In this document: positions 63,083 to 64,000 of the stretch, in pieces
How the letters are laid out: every line of letters begins with the position of its first letter
How positions within the stretch are numbered: the first letter of the stretch is position 1
Source: Gracilinanus agilis
Taxonomy: Eukaryota
Length of the DNA: 64,000 bases
Direction: 5' to 3'
Assembly: GCF_016433145.1 (NCBI RefSeq)
Contig: NC_058134.1
Coordinates: 207,503,156 to 207,567,155 of the forward strand
Made by a program: the position numbers and the translations under genes
The notes under the pieces: generated by a model
What the model saw: only the letters and a program-made list of their open reading frames with translations
What the model was told of the DNA's origin: nothing
Databases searched by the model: none

Positions 63083-63484
63083 TGTGAGGGGGTGAAGGGA
63101 GGAAGGCAGAAGGAAGGAAGGTTGGGAGAAAGGAGAGAGGAAGGTAGAGGAAGGAAAAAGAAAGTAGCGGTTTTTGACCAGAGCCCTTGGGGCTCAAATA
63201 AAAGATCAGAGAGCAACTTGGGGTTTAGAATGGCTAGGTTTTATTTAGATTAGGAAAGGGAAAGGTTAGGTAGGGGAAAAGGGTCTCTCGGATAAAGAGG
63301 GTTTAGGATCAGAGAAAGTCAGTCAGCCTCCGGGTTGGAGAGAGCAGAGAAAAGGCGCCAAACTTTCTCTTTTATACTTTCTCCTACACCTCCCACAAAG
63401 GAAGTGGGAGGTCTCGGGGAAGTTGTAGCAAAGGGTCCTGGGAGATGTAGTCTCCCAGGGCTTACGATAATTTTAAATACTACA
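63083..63484 (-). mobile_element. Solo LTR (402 bp), ERV1-like with 4-bp TSD
   Basis: TG...CA termini. TSD gtaa at 63079-63082 and 63485-63488. Minus-strand TATAAAA at 63370-63376 and AATAAA at 63240-63245 are in U3-R-U5 order. Confidence 0.85.
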
Positions 63485-63896
63485 GTAACTAAAAGAAAGC
63501 AATGTCACAAAAACCCCAGGGAAGAGTATATTGAGGAAGAAGTTATGGTTAGTAGGGCCAAAAGTAGGAGAGAGGTTAAAAAGAATGAGAACTGAGAAAA
63601 AGCCATTCATTAGCTCTGGCAGTGAAGAGATCATTGGTAATATTAGTGTCAACAATTTCAGTTGAATAATGAATTGAAAACAGATTACTCAAAATTGAGA
63701 AGCAAGTGAGAAGAAAAGACACGTAGGCAATAAATGTAGGTAGCTTTTTCTAGGAATTTGTGAAAGAGAGGAAAAATAAGAGATGAAAGCTTGATGGGAT
63801 GGTCAAATAAAATAAACATTTTAAGAGATGATGGAAACTTGATCATTTTTGTAAGCAATTGTGTAGAAGCCAGGAGATAGAGAGAAATAAAAATTG

Positions 63897-63985
63897 GTGA
63901 GAGAGAGAGAAAGAAGAAGACATACAGACACAGAGAGACAGAAACAGAGATAGAGACAGAGACAGAGAGTCAAAGAGAGAGAAAA
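63897..63985. repeat. (GA)n/(GACAGA)n low-complexity repeat
   Basis: Directly visible. Confidence 0.85.
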
Positions 63986-64000
63986 AGGTGTGATAACTGT

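Larger units (their letters stand above)
62500..63900 (-). mobile_element. L2 remnant interrupted by a solo LTR
   Basis: Purine-rich L2-antisense text on both sides of 63083-63484. Confidence 0.65.

Noticed and set aside
13264-64000. CACNA1C exons 1B, 1C or 2
   Set aside because: No MVNENTRMY or GSNYGSPRPAH coding sequence was seen. These are expected further right.
1-64000. CRISPR arrays, operons, tRNA or rRNA genes
   Set aside because: Mammalian intronic DNA. tRNA-like segments are SINE heads, and no regularly spaced direct repeats were seen.

Overview
Eukaryotic, AT-rich, repeat-dense genomic DNA from a marsupial. The SINE1_Mdo-type, MAR1, BovB and L1 content points to a didelphid opossum; this is inferred from repeat families recalled from memory. 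The window holds the 5' part of DCP1B (mRNA decapping factor) on the minus strand: CpG-island promoter and coding exons 1-5 at 54241-54092, 46981-46941, 28855-28728, 4263-4197 and 1295-1160 (522 nt, 174 codons, all GT-AG). The remaining exons lie left of the window. The most interesting feature is missed by the ORF track. A plus-strand first coding exon at 13128-13263 (MFQAFKSTTPAYQSLPNHLPAETEEKFKGTLVHEVHLNCFYISHE/G, donor GTAAGA) lies inside DCP1B intron 3 and is recognisably the cardiac long-N-terminus exon 1A of CACNA1C (Cav1.2). It has a TATA/MCAT-containing, TE-poor upstream region. The two transcription units therefore overlap antisense for about 41 kb, and the CACNA1C-1A pre-mRNA must cross DCP1B exons 3, 2, 1 and its promoter. 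This overlap is, as I recall, annotated in human, so it is a conserved architecture rather than a new gene. The marsupial sequence shows lineage-specific changes in the regulatory N-terminal segment. The rest is transposon archaeology: L1/HAL1-like, L2, CR1, BovB, CORE-SINEs, hAT and Tigger elements, and two solo LTRs. Repeat names are from memory and their boundaries are approximate unless a TSD is given. No prokaryotic-type system, tRNA, rRNA or CRISPR array was seen.
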